The notes beneath the pieces are model-generated. The model was not told the DNA's origin, made no database searches, and saw nothing but the letters and a program-made list of their open reading frames with translations. 64,000 bases of DNA, taken from contig NC_057718.1 of NCBI RefSeq assembly GCF_004010195.1, forward strand, positions 91,187,986-91,251,985. Reading direction: 5' to 3'. Numbering within the stretch: position 1 is the stretch's first letter; each line of letters starts with the position of its first letter. Positions 1 to 12,106 of this stretch are shown one piece after another. A program made the position numbers and the translations under genes. The stretch is from Chiloscyllium plagiosum. Lineage: Eukaryota.

Positions 1-885
1 CTTATCAGCCTTCAGACCTAACAGTCTCTCCAACACCAATTCCTGGCAAATATAAATTCCCTTCAGTTCAGGTCCTTCAGCCACTGTTGCCTCAGGGAGA
101 TTGCTTGTGTCTTCCCCAGTGAACACAGATCTGAAGTACCAATTCAACTCTTCTGCCATTTCTTTGTTCCCTGTAATATATTCCCCTGTTTCTATCTTCA
201 AGGGCCCAATTTTAATCTTAACCATTTTTTTGCCTTTCACATACCTAACCAAGCTTTTACTATCCTCCTTTATATTTTTGGCCAGTTTACCTTCGTACCT
301 CATTTTTTCTCTGCATATTTCCTTCTTAGTAATCCTCTGTTGTTCTTTAAAAGCTTCCCAGTCCTCCATTTTCCCACTTATCTTTGCTACGTTATACTTT
401 TTCTCTTTTAAATGTTCCTTAACTTCCCTCGTCAGCCACGGCCACCCATGCCTCCTCCTAGGATCTTTCTTCCTTTTTGGAATGAACTGATCCTGCATCT
501 TCTGCATTATCCACAGAAATATCCACCATTGTTCCTCCACTGTCATCCCTGCTAAGGTATTGCACCATTAAATTTTGGCCATCTCCTCCCTCATAGCTCC
601 ATAGTTCCCTTTATTCAACAGAAATATTGTCACTTCCGATTGTACCCTCTCCCTCTCAAATTGCAGATTGAAGCTTATTGTATTATGGTCACTATTTCCC
701 AAAGGCTCCTTCACTTCGAGGTCCCTGATCAATTCTGGTTTGTTGCACAATACCAGATCCAGAATTGCCTTCTCCCTGGTAGGCTCCAACACCAGCTGTT
801 CTAAGAATCCATCTCGGAGGCACGCCACAAAGTCTCTTTCTTGAGGTCCAATACCATCCTGATTATCCCAGTCTACCTGCATGTT
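1..885 (-). mobile_element. CR1-clade LINE fragment (endonuclease/linker region)
   Basis: ORF 568..882 contains FLEQLVLEPTREKAILDLVLCN...LGNSDHN (APE C-terminus). Confidence 0.85.
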
Positions 886-1082
886 GAAACTCTTATTTTA
901 TTTTAAAATGTCCAGGAATAATGTCACCGAAAATGAACTATTGACTAATATTTACTTTAATCAAATTGAGACTATTTGAATTGTTTTCAATAATGTATTG
1001 AACTCAGAAGTAAATGTGGTTCAGCATTTTGACCCAATCTTGAAAAAGAAGCACGTAAAATTACATTCTGTGGTTTTCTTAC

Positions 1083-1261
1083 TTCTTTCTGCTTTTCTTC
1101 AAACTTTGCAAATGCTACAAAAAGCTGTTCATCCATGTGGTCTTCTCCATAAAACTCCACTCCTCTTTCATATACTTTCCGTGCATGTCCAATGTAACCA
1201 TGTTTTTCTTCAAACCGGGCATATTTAATCCAGTTCTTCACATCAGGATGAATAAAAACAA
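1083..1261 (-). CDS. CRNKL1: CRNKL1 coding exon 6 (FVFIHPDVKNWIKYARFEEKHGYIGHARKVYERGVEFYGEDHMDEQLFVAFAKFEEKQKE); gene continues beyond the window
   Basis: Overlaps ORF 987..1241. AC acceptor with a U12 branch point, GTAAGA donor, 179 nt. The six exons total 798 nt in frame. Confidence 0.94.
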
Positions 1262-1604
1262 GTGCAGAAGAATTAAGGAGAATAAAACTGTATAAAAGAA
1301 CCCTGCCTACATATGGCTATAAAACAATCATTTTTAGGTTACTACCCAGGTGAAAATGAAGACCTTTTCATACATCTTGAACAATAATGATATTTCGCTG
1401 CTTTCAAGGTAGTGGATAAAGGTTGACCATTATCACTAGCCTGCATTCGCATCAATTCCTCCAGTGGAAAAGCCAATACAGCATGAAATATCTTGACAGT
1501 ATCACAGAGAGCAGGTATTTAGGTTTGGGTGACAAGTAAAAATTCACATTTTACACTCTATGACATTTCTGCATTTTTTAAAGAAACTCTGAACACCAAA
1601 GGCA

Positions 1605-1925
1605 ATGGAAAAGTGTAATATCACTGGAACAGTAATCCAGACCCCAGGCTAATGATCTGGAACATGGAGTCAAATCCCACCGTGTTAGTGACATTTGAAT
1701 TGGTAAAACAAAAATCTTGAACTAAAAGCTAGCCAAATCGTGTTGGTGTAACCCATCTGATTCACTTATTTCCTTTCAGAAAGGAAATCTGTCATACTTA
1801 CTTGGTCAGGCCTAGAGGCTACTCCAGACCCACAGCAATGTGAGTGACTCTTAACTACCTTCTGTGCAATGAGTGACGGGTAAAAAAATGCTGGCCTAAC
1901 CAATGATGTCTACATCCCATTAAAA
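1605..1925 (+). mobile_element. tRNA-derived SINE with L2-like tail
   Basis: B-box-like GGAGTCAAATCCC. The 3' end resembles the LINE tails at ~41950-42000 and ~53060-53130. Confidence 0.5.
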
Positions 1926-2944
1926 ATTAAAATGTAACTATGGGAGCCTACGTCCCACAAGTGTATAAATAGAAAGGGATGTGCAGACTAGGTGAATTAG
2001 CCAGGGGAAATGCCAGGTCACAGGGATAGGGTGGGATGTTCTTTGGAGGGTTAGTATGAACCGAAGAAGCTGAATGGCCTTTTTACATACTGTAGGAATT
2101 TATGATTCTATGAAAAGGTACTGGACTATGGAATTTATCGAAAGGTTTCAGAGTAACAGTGGCATAAAAATAATGCTGCCTGTTTTCTGCAAGGAAATAA
2201 AAGATTACCCTTAATATAATATGGCTACCTTGCTTGGGCTGATGTGGCCAGTGACATCAACTGCTGTGACAGGACAGGTCACAGGAAGTATCTGCACATG
2301 TATTGATGACATCACCACGTTCCACATTTAACTAATGGGCATAGTTTGGTTCTGCATTATAATAGACAAGAAAGGGAAACAAGAGGCAATGAGAACAAGG
2401 CACCATTTGAGAAGATACCAACAAATTTAAACATTTCCATTGCAAAACACTGGCTGAGTAACTCTTCAGGACTGTTCTTACTCTGTTGATGTAATGTTGT
2501 CCCATTTGGAAACACAAATAAGATTCCTGCAGTATTTATTGGGGATTAATACCAGAAAAGTGGGAGAGATTGCAACATTTTCTGTCAACATCATTCAAAA
2601 GTGAAACATCTACTAATAATATTAGCCTACGAAAGTAGTTTGAAACACTAACTGCAACATGATAATGTCTTTTGACACTAATGTTGGGTGCCACCTATAT
2701 TGACAACACGGTGAATTTGTGGAAATCACTGTTTGTCACAAGACAGAACAATATATCCATGACATTTTCAGTTGAAGTTAGAAATGAAAAATTAAAACAG
2801 ATAAAAGTTCAGTTGATCATAAAATGTTACAGATGTCTAGGTAATTGGGTTTTTTTAACACAAATCCCCCACTTAACGGACACTCACAGACCAGCTGCCA
2901 CTGCTGTGAAGTATCAGTATGTTCAATTGCACATTCCACACATA

Positions 2945-4440
2945 GCAGAGTCATAGAGATGTACAGCACGAAAACAGACCCTTCGGTCCAACTCATTCAT
3001 GCCGACCAGATGTCCCAATGCAATCTAGTCTCACCTGCCAAGTCCTTCCTATTCATATTCCCATCCAGATGCCTTTTAAATGTTGCAGTTGTACCAGCCT
3101 CCACCACTTCCTTTGGCAGTTCATTCCACGCACATACCATCCTCTGTGTGAAAAAGTTTCCCCTTAGCTCTCTTTTATCTTTATCTCCCTCTCACCATCA
3201 ACCTATGCCCTCTAGTTCTGGACTCTTCCACCCCAGGGAAGAGACTTTGTCTATTTATCCTATCCATGCCCCTCATGATTTTATAAACCTCTAGAAGGTC
3301 ACCCCTCAACCTCCAACACTCCAGGGAAAACAGCCCCAGCCTATTCAACTTCTCTCTATAGCTCAAATCCTCTAACCCTTGCAACATCCTTGTAAATCTT
3401 TTCTGAACCCAAATGTCACAACATCCTTCCTGACCCATGTCCTGTGCAGCCACAATGTGACCTTCCAACTTCTACACTCAATACTGTGCCCAATAAAGGA
3501 AAGCATACCAAACGCCTTCTTCACTATCCTATCTACCTGCGACTCCACTTTCAAGGACCTATGAACCTGCACTCCAAGGTCTTTTCGTTCAGCAACACAC
3601 CCGAGGACCTTACTATTAAGTGTATAAGTCCTGCTAAGATTTGCTTACCCAAAATGCAGCACCTCGCATTTATCTGAAATAAACTCCATCAAGATCCCGT
3701 TGTAATCTGAGGTAACTTTCTTCGCTGAGAAAGTGAGGACTGCAGATGCTGGAGATCAGAGCTGAAAATGTTCCTAGGATGCTGCCTGACCTGCTGCGCC
3801 TTTCCAGCAACACATTTTCAGCTCTAACTTTCTTCGCTGTCCACGACACCGCCAATTTTGGTGTCATCTGCAAACTTACTAACTGTACCTCTTATGCTCA
3901 TATCCAAATCATTTGTATAAATGGTGGACCCTGCACCGATCCTGGTAGCATTCCACTGGTCACAGGCCTCCAGTCTGAAGATGAACCTTCACCACCACTC
4001 TCTGTCTACTACCTTCAAGCCAGTTCTGTATCTAAATGGCTAGTTCTCCCTGTATTCCATGAGATCTAACCTTGCTAACCAATCTCCCATGGGGAAGCTT
4101 GTCAATCGCCTTATTGAAGTGCATATAGGTCACATCCACCACTCTGCCCTCAATCCTCTTTGTTACTTCTTCACAAAACCTCAATCAAGTTTGTGAGACA
4201 TGATTTTCCACACACAAAGCCATGTTGACTGTCCCTAATCAGTCCTTGCCTTTCCAAATACATGTACATCCTGTCCCTCAGGATTCCCTCCAATAACTTG
4301 CCCACCACCGACGTCAGGCTCACTGGTCTATAATTCCCTGGCTTGTCCTTACCACCTTTCTTAAACAGTGGCACCACATTAGCCAACCCCCAGTCTTCCA
4401 GTACCTCACCTGTGACTATCGATGATACAAATATCTCAGC
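2945..4440 (-). mobile_element. CR1 (HER1-like) LINE 3' fragment
   Basis: ANVVPLFKKG..PGNYRPVSLTS, QHGF..GKSCLTNL and LGLFSLE..RLRGDL motifs, with a CTATGACT tail. Confidence 0.88.
3728..3824 (-). mobile_element. Family A Penelope-type insertion, core deleted, inside CR1
   Basis: 15-bp TSD TAACTTTCTTCGCTG (3713-3727, 3825-3839). Sequence shared with 4607-4909. Confidence 0.7.
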
Positions 4441-4606
4441 ATGTACTGATTTTAGGAAAGAGCAATAGGCAAATGCAAAGCTTCTAAAAAAAAGACTGAA
4501 CACAGAAAAAGCAACAATGAATACTGATGCATTTGAGCTTGTTTTGTGGCAGTTTGAAAAGTTCATTCCTGGCCCAATGCACTATACAATGAGTTTCAAT
4601 ATAAGT

Positions 4607-4909
4607 TGAAAAATGTGATGCTGGAAAAACACAGCAGGCCAGGCAGCATCCAAGGAGCAGGAGAATCGACGTTTTGGGCATAAGCCCTTCTTCAGGAATG
4701 AGGCTGGTGTGCCAAGCGGGCTGAGATAAAAGGTAGGGGGGAGGGAATTTTATCTCAGCCCGCTTGGCACACCAGCTTCATTCCTGAAGAAGGCTTATGC
4801 CCGAAATGTCGATTCTCCTGCTCCTCGGATGCTGCCTGACCTACTGTGTTTTTCCAGCATCACATTTTTCAACTCTGGTCTCCAGCATCTGCAGTCCTCA
4901 CTTTCTCCT
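4607..4909 (+). mobile_element. Fold-back Penelope-type short insertion (family A) with hammerhead-like cores
   Basis: ~125-bp inverted arms (4604-4730 / 4747-4874). 15-bp TSD AGTTTCAATATAAGT (4592-4606, 4910-4924). CTGAAGA...GAAA core on the plus arm, with a decayed copy on the minus arm. Confidence 0.75.
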
Positions 4910-5296
4910 AGTTTCAATATAAGTGCCTGTTGGGAAGATAAGGCACTGAAATTGTAATTTTTGGTGCAACTTCTGAATAACTGAGATCCAGGAAATTCAA
5001 AAGTTTGCTTCTCCATATTGGTGCTTTTGTCTCACTTTCTTTTAGTTCCTTGTTTGCTCAGAAGAGTGCTAAAAAGAAACTTAAATAATCTGAATTGTAA
5101 TTAATTGTAATCACAATTGTAATCAGATATGATTAGACCTTAATCCAAATTTAACTACACTGCTTTTGCATTAGGGCAACGTCAGCGATGCTTATAAATA
5201 AGTTCTTAAAACTTAAGATTGTCTTCGTTATCACGAGCTATCCATGCAAGTAATATTCCCAATGTCTGATGTTATGTACTCATTCCACAAGGATAT

Positions 5297-5463
5297 ACTT
5301 CTCATAAACCAGCCTGGCTCTTTCAATTTCTTTGTATCGGAGTTCAAAGTTGATATAGGAGTGCCATGCTTGTTCATCAGGCTGCCATTCCATCCACCGC
5401 TCAAACACTTGTCGTGCTCCTGCAACATTTCCTAACATCTCCTCCATGTATGTATATTTATAC
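5297..5463 (-). CDS. CRNKL1: CRNKL1 coding exon 5 ([55 protein letters not shown])
   Basis: TAG acceptor, 167 nt, ends at the U12 donor ATATCCTT. Confidence 0.94.
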
Positions 5464-5808
5464 CTAGCAAAAGTAAATACAATATATCATGTGCACATTA
5501 GCATAAGCATACCAATAGATCTACTGGGAACATTAAGTAAATATAGCAATGGGCTTTAAATTATATCCATCATTGCAAAAGCACAACACAGCACTGATTT
5601 TGCAACCCATAGCTCCAAATGGAGTCTCAACACAAATCAGATACTTCCCTAACTTGACAGGGTCTCATCTACAATCTATGTTCATGTGTGGGTTCAGAAT
5701 GGTTGTAGCTGATTTTAGGGCTTAGGTGGGCAACGGTTCTTACTCCTCAAATTACAGAAAACCTAAGAGATCGCAATCCCATTCTATGAAATGGACAGGC
5801 AAATGATA

Positions 5809-6126
5809 AGATTAGATTAGATTCCCTACAGCGTGGAAACAGGCCCTTCGGCCCAACAAGTCCACACCAACCCTCCGAAGAGTAACCCAGCCAGACCCAT
5901 TTCCATTTGACTAATGCACCTAACACTATGGGCAATTTAGCAAGGCCAATTCACCTGACCTATACATCTTTGACTGTGGAAGGAAACCGGAGCACCTGGA
6001 GGAAACCCACGCAGACACAGGGAGAATGTGCAAACTCCACACAGAAAGTCACCCGAGGCTGGAATTGAACCTGGGACCCTGGTGTCGTGAGACAGCACTG
6101 TTAACCGCTGAGCCACCGTGCCGCCC
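5809..6126 (-). mobile_element. HE1-like V-SINE
   Basis: tRNA-like head with A/B boxes, V-domain GGGTTTCCTCC.GGTGCTCCGGTTTCC, CR1-like tail and (AATCT)n. Confidence 0.85.
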
Positions 6127-6684
6127 TTTTAGGTACTTTTACTAAAAAATGGGCTCTCCCTTTGAGAAGGCTGTGACATGAACAGCCAGTAACTAATTAG
6201 TCTAAATGTAACAACAGTCTTAAGAGCAACAGAAATACTTCTTCAGCTTAAATGTGCTATTATACAGTAAACTATCAGAACCAAAACAATTGGTCCTAAC
6301 TATATATTGGAAATGTAATTTGCATCAAATGCAAATATTAAAAGTTTAAAACAAATAAGTGAAATAGAAAGTACTTAATCAATGAAATAGAAAATTCTTA
6401 TTCTTGCTGTCAACATTCATTCAAGTTGAATTTTTGAGGATGTATTAAGAATGATTGCCAAGAAATTGATTAGAAAAACAATTATTCAAATTCAGAAATA
6501 TTTTGGAATTAGAATATTATTAGAATAATGCTTTAATCAGTCTACACATTTTCATGCAGTTTGGTCAACGAAACATTTAAGGTTACAGGAGATCTGATTG
6601 ATGCTAAATCCACACAAAACTCCACAGTATATTATACATAAGTGAAACACAAAACCAAAGATTGTTTACCAGTAGTCAACTTAC

Positions 6685-6843
6685 CAAAACTGGTTGACCC
6701 TGGGCAGTATGGTAATTGCGCGATCCCAGATATTTCGGGCATGGTTAATCTGCCGATTTTTCATCTCCATTTCTGCATACTTCAACCACAGAGTTATATT
6801 TCTGTGATCGACATCTAATGCTCTCTCATAAATGGAACGTGAT
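6685..6843 (-). CDS. CRNKL1: CRNKL1 coding exon 4 ([53 protein letters not shown])
   Basis: AAG acceptor, GTAAGT donor, 159 nt, HAT repeats. Confidence 0.95.
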
Positions 6844-6950
6844 CTTCAGCAATAATAGTGTAAATGTGTGAAAATAAAAGAAACATTTGTTTATTTCTTG
6901 TCAAAAAGATGCGGTCATGTGAATCAATTGCATTTTTTTGAAATAATTAC

Positions 6951-7042
6951 CGTTGTATTTCTTTTAAGCTCTCCTCCCATTGTGCGTATTTGATCCAGTT
7001 GCTAATAACAGTTCGATTTTTCCGTATGTTGTCTTCAAATGT
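6951..7042 (-). CDS. CRNKL1: CRNKL1 coding exon 3 (TFEDNIRKNRTVISNWIKYAQWEESLKEIQR)
   Basis: AG/GT boundaries, 92 nt, start of the HAT repeats, frame consistent. Confidence 0.95.
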
Positions 7043-7168
7043 CTATTATAAAGTGGTAGCAGTAAATAAAAACATATACAACTTACAAATACAGCAAAGG
7101 CAACAATCCTGATTTATTACATTATTTTGGTAAACAAAGAAAAATTGTAACTGTTACAAAGCACTTAC

Positions 7169-7321
7169 TTTTCTTTTCCTTAACTTGTAGTCATTCAATT
7201 CCTCCTCATCGGTAATCTTTTGTGTAGGAGGTGGTGGAAGGAGTTCAAGTTCCCTCTCTTTCGCTTCTCTCAGGAGCTGTTCAGCAGTGATTTGCAATTC
7301 GGCAGGTGCTTTATTTTTCAC
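7169..7321 (-). CDS. CRNKL1: CRNKL1 coding exon 2 ([51 protein letters not shown])
   Basis: TAG acceptor, GTAAGT donor, 153 nt, in frame with exon 1, hallmark Crn/Clf1 sequence. Confidence 0.96.
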
Positions 7322-8489
7322 CTATAAATGAAAACCAACTGAGTCAATAATGGTTCTTTTGACCAATAGCTAAACCTGGTGGTGCATGTAAAGATTAAAT
7401 AAAATCTTTTAGCTGTAGCTCTGTTTAAGAAACTTTATGTTGAAATCCATGATGGGGCTTTATGATCTCTTTTGGGGTCTCCAATATAAAGCACATCTTT
7501 GAACATATGCAGAACTGTTGAAGTACTGGCTACATTCAAAAATTGAGTGAATGTCAAGCAAACTATACATTGAAAACTAAATATAGCGATAATTTGGAAA
7601 ATATAGAATATAACATTCTGTTGTGCAACATGGTACATACGGGTTGAAGGTGAGAGGAGAAATTCTAAATATATAAATACGCTGGTCTCAGGTACTGAGC
7701 AGATTTTGTTTCCCCTGTAAATACACCACTTCAGTTTTTATGTTGTACTTTTCCTGCACATTTCCTTTGTGTTCTTGAGAAGAGGAAGTAGGAACAGTGA
7801 AAGACTTCATTGTGTACACACAATATTAAAATAAACTCTATTGCTCCCAAGACCAAATTTTCTGATTAGACATATGGTGACAATGTCTCTTGCATTCTTT
7901 GTATGCAATTTTCATAGTACTACTAATCAATATTGCTTCCCTGCTCCTGCAATACGAACAAACTAATGACAGTTGTTACTACCTGTTCTCCCTGGTAAAC
8001 TAACACTTTATCACCATACGAAACATATTTGTGCCATTTTGCAGGAATTCTCATCCAAATCTCACTACTTCACTTCCTGCTCCTTGAAAGATACTTTTGA
8101 CCAAGCTTCTAAACATCTGCCTTCCTGACATCTGATTCATCCCAGTCTTCAGTCAATTCAATCAATGTAATATCAAGAAATGGCTGAAGGCACTGGAAAC
8201 TACAAAGGTTATGGCCCTAACAACATCTCAGCAGCAGTTATGAAGACCTGTGCTCTAGAACTAGCTGCACCCTATATCAAGTTGTTCCAATATAGCTACA
8301 ACACTCAAAATGTGGAAAATTGCCCAGGTACGTCCTGCACACAAAAAGCAGGAGAAATCCAACATGGAGTTGTTTGTTGGTTTGCCGAGCCAGAGATTAA
8401 TATGTTGGTGGGTGCTTTCTAACTTGGACCGTTTAATGATAATGAAGGTAGTTCATAGACAGTTCATAGTGTTAAATGCAGAACTGAAG

Positions 8490-9480
8490 TCTATCATTCC
8501 TCAGCACCTGATTGGAAAGCTGAGACTGCTGGCCTAAATACCCCACTTTGTAACTGGATCCTGGACTTCCTGACTGGAAAACCACAGCCAGTCCAGATTG
8601 GGAACAGCATCTCCAACACCATCACACTGAGCACAGGGACCCCCAGGGCTGTGTGCTCAGTCCACTGCTGTTCACCCTGCTAACACACGACTGTGTGGCA
8701 ATGCACAGGTCGAATCACATTGTCAAGTTCGTTGTTGACATGACTGTATTTGGTCTCATCAGCAGGAACGACGAGTCAGCATATAGAGAAGAGGTGCAAC
8801 GGCTAACAGACTGGTGCAAAGCCAACAACCTGCCTTTGAACTTGGACAAAACAAGAGATGGTTGTTGACTTCAGGAGGGCACAGAGTGACCACTCTCCAC
8901 TGGACATTGATGGCTCCCCAGTGGAGATCATGAAGAGCACCAAATTTTTTAGCATCCACCTGGCGGAGAATCTCACCTGGTTCCTCAACATCAGCCCATA
9001 GCCAGAAAGCCCAGTAGCATGTCTACTTTCTGCGTAAACTGTGGAAAGCCCACCTCGCAGACTCCCCATCCTCACTACATTCTACATTCAGTGTTAGTTT
9101 ACCAGGGAGGACAGGTAGTAACAACTGTCATTAACTTGTTCGTATTGCAGGAGCAGGGAAGCAATATTGATTAGTACTACTATGAAAATTGCATACAAAG
9201 AATGCCACATCATTGCTTGGTTTGGGAATTGCACCATCTCAGATCATGAGACCCTACAATGGATAGTGAGGACATCAGGGTCCCTCTCCCCTCCAGTACA
9301 AACATTTACACCACATGCTGCATCCGAAAGGCTAACACAGCATTGAGGAAGACCCCACACACTCCTCACTGAAATTCTTCTCCCTCCTGCCATCTGGCAG
9401 AAGATACTGGAGCATTAGGTCTCTCACGGCCAGATTGTGCAGCAGTTTCTTCCTCCAAGCCATCAGGCTCCTTAACACAA
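8490..9480 (+). mobile_element. Rex1/Babar-like LINE RT 3' fragment
   Basis: [18 protein letters not shown]...IVKF..D motifs (ORF 8653..8868). Confidence 0.7.
9090..9205 (-). repeat. Inverted copy of 7892-8007 inserted into the Rex/Babar LINE
   Basis: 116-bp near-identical reverse complement. Confidence 0.88.
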
Positions 9481-10429
9481 TATGATTGGACTCTTTTTCA
9501 TCTGAGATTCTTTGCACAACATCAAATTGCTGCTAGAACAATGCCTATTAATTAGCATTCTTTTATTAAACAGTAACTTGCGTGTTTTGCATTTCTGTAC
9601 ACTTTATGCCACCCTTTGTATGATCGTGTAGTTTGTGCTGTGCATGAGGCGCCTTGGTCCTGGAGGAATGCTATCTCTTTTTTTACTGCATCAGTTGTAT
9701 ATGGTAGAAGTGACAAATAAAATCTAATCTACTCTCGACATCAGGAAGCAACCTCTCAACTAATTGGAGTCATAACAAGCACAAAAGGAAATGGTTTAGC
9801 AGTTGGAGGTCAGTCTTCTCAATTACAGCTGATTGTTGCAAAAGTACTTTAGGGAACTAGCATAGGCCCAAACACCTTGAGTTAATTCGGCAATTCTACA
9901 CATCAGAGGCAGGTATGTCCATTGACAGTTGCCTGATGCTCAGCAGCATCAATGACTCCACAGATACTGAAGCAATCCATGTCTGCATGCAACAATGCAT
10001 GTGTACTGTGTTTGCCAACACTCCTATGATGTACCAAGAGTCACTCAAGCATGTTAAGTCCCTATATAAACCACAAGTGACCACTGTAGGGTATTAATGA
10101 ACAAAACAATCAGAATCTTGAATTACAATGTTAAATCAACTTTAGTGCACGTTCTCAAGTGGTTATGTGAAGGCTGTACAATCAGGCCACACTTCAAGCA
10201 CTGCTAAGGTTCAGATCACTGTGACAGATTGTAATAGTAGTGCATTCAGCTGCAAAAATATTACTTTATGGTGTTAAAAGGAGATGCTGTGGTAAGGATT
10301 TAGCGCAGTTAAACAAGATACTTAGCAGAACACAGACAGCAAACAAACAATGCTTTTGCAGCACTAAGTTGATTGTTGGAAGTCAAAAGTTTAGATGTCA
10401 GAAAAATCCTTCATCAAATGGTAAACGAT

Positions 10430-11470
10430 TTGTATTTCTATTGTACCTTTATGTAGTAAAATCTCACAAGGCATTTCACAGCAGATTAAAGCAGACTATG
10501 ACATCAAGTCAACTAAGGTTAAAACAGATGACCAGAAATTTGGTCAAGCACTATCATAAAGGAAGAATGAGGGGTGGAGAGGTTTAGTGAGAGCTTATGG
10601 CTTTGGAAACTGAAGGCAGGCCCACCAGTCGTGCAACACTGATTCTGAACAGGTGAAAATGAGAGGAGGATTCTGGGGCAGAGAATCATATAATACAGTA
10701 GAGGGCCTTCAGCCCATCAAGTCTGTACTGCCAAAATTATACCACCACCTACACTAATCCCACTTTACCACACTAAGCCCATAGCCTTGAATATTATGAC
10801 ACAAAGTCTTTTAAAAGTACTTGATTAACACTATGAGATTTCCCACCTCAACTATCCTCTCAGACAGTGCATTCCAGATACCCAAGACCCTTTAGGTGAA
10901 AATGCTTTTTTTCAGATCCCCTCTAAACCACCTGTCTTCACTTTAAAATTATGCCCCCTTGCTGCTGACCCTTCAACTAAGGAAACAGCTACTTTCTATA
11001 AACTCTATCCATACTCCTTATAATTTTTACACTTCTAAAAGGCCCTCAACGTTCTCTGCTCCAAAGAAAACAACCCTAGCTTATCCAACCTTCATATTAG
11101 AAGAGGTAGGAAGAGACTATGCCATTCAGGAGTGAGGCTTAGGATTTGAAAACAAAATGAAAATTTAAAAATAGATTGCTGCTTAACCAGAAATCAGTGC
11201 AAATCAATGAGCAACAGGGTGTGAGCAAGGACATGGGCAGCAGAATCTTGAATGGCCTCAAGTTCATGGAGGATAGAATATAAGGAGGCCACCAGGAGTG
11301 TGTTGGAACAGCCGAGAAGTGGTAAAGGCATGGTTGAGGGAATCAGCAATAGCCAGACCTTGACAGAACAGAATTGAGCCATATTATGGGGTTGGAAATA
11401 GGTAGCCTTAGTACAGACGTATAGTAGGAGGAACTGTTTGGGATCAAATATGACACCAGCATTACGAATG
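10430..11470 (-). mobile_element. Decayed L2-like LINE 3' part with a nested CR1 fragment (~10660-11090)
   Basis: LEAIQDSAAHVL resembles the L2 LQ.IQN.AAR motif. A CR1 3' end is embedded. Confidence 0.5.
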
Positions 11471-12058
11471 GGAATTGATTTCTATATTTGTTTCAAGATC
11501 AGGGTATGGAAATCATTTAAAAACAAAATCAAGTGCATGCCGTAACAACAAGACTGGAAAACAAAAGTTCAAATGGGGTGAAGGATTTTAATTCAAAACT
11601 TTGGCCCAGATCTTATGACCATTGATGAAGTAACTGTGCTTGCCACTGAACTTTTCTGGGCCAGTAGGGGCATTCAGCAAAACGTGTGAAGTTAGTTGAC
11701 CAATTTAAACTTGCACATGTTGTCCAGCTTGGGTTCCAATGGTAACAAGGTTTTACTCAGAGTAATTTCAGCTAATATACTTTAAAATTATCTTGAAATC
11801 CAAGAAAGGTGATATAGAAATGCAAATCCTTCCTCTGAAGGAAACGAGGAGGAGTAGGGAGCAATTTTCAACTCACAGCAAGCAAATGTGTTGGGAGAAG
11901 GGAAGGAACAGCACAGTCCCTGTGCCAACCTTTAAACGTCCTGATCTTAACCGCAAGGCCATCAGGTTGCTGATGTCGGTCAAGAATAAATGTCGGTGTT
12001 TGTCAATTCCTACAAAGCCTGACTGGGCCCAACACAGTTCTAGCAAGGCGCTGGTTAC

Positions 12059-12106
12059 CTTCGCCACTTTAGGAATTCGCTGTTTTCCAGCCGCGGTCGA
12101 AGCCAT
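12059..12106 (-). CDS. CRNKL1: Crooked neck pre-mRNA splicing factor 1, coding exon 1 (MASTAAGKQRIPKVAK)
   Basis: ATG at 12106-12104. The peptide matches the conserved CRNKL1 N-terminus. Donor AAG|GTAACC at 12058. Confidence 0.95.

Larger units (their letters stand above)
1262..5296 (-). other. CRNKL1: U12-type (minor spliceosome) AT-AC intron of CRNKL1
   Basis: 5' end ATATCCTTG (5296-5288). Branch TCCTTAAT (1279-1272) lies ~10 nt before the terminal AC (1263-1262). Splicing gives T|TT = Phe in frame. Confidence 0.92.

Noticed and set aside
4604-4874. Long hairpins as miRNA precursors, terminators or CRISPR-like repeats
   Set aside because: They are multi-copy dispersed elements with TSDs in a vertebrate genome, with no repeat-spacer array. 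Penelope-type fold-back insertions explain them better.
5297-5298. Alternative GT donor (AA|GTATATCC) for CRNKL1 exon 5
   Set aside because: It fits neither the U2 nor the U12 GT consensus well, and there is no in-frame AG at exon 6. The AT-AC pair fits exactly.
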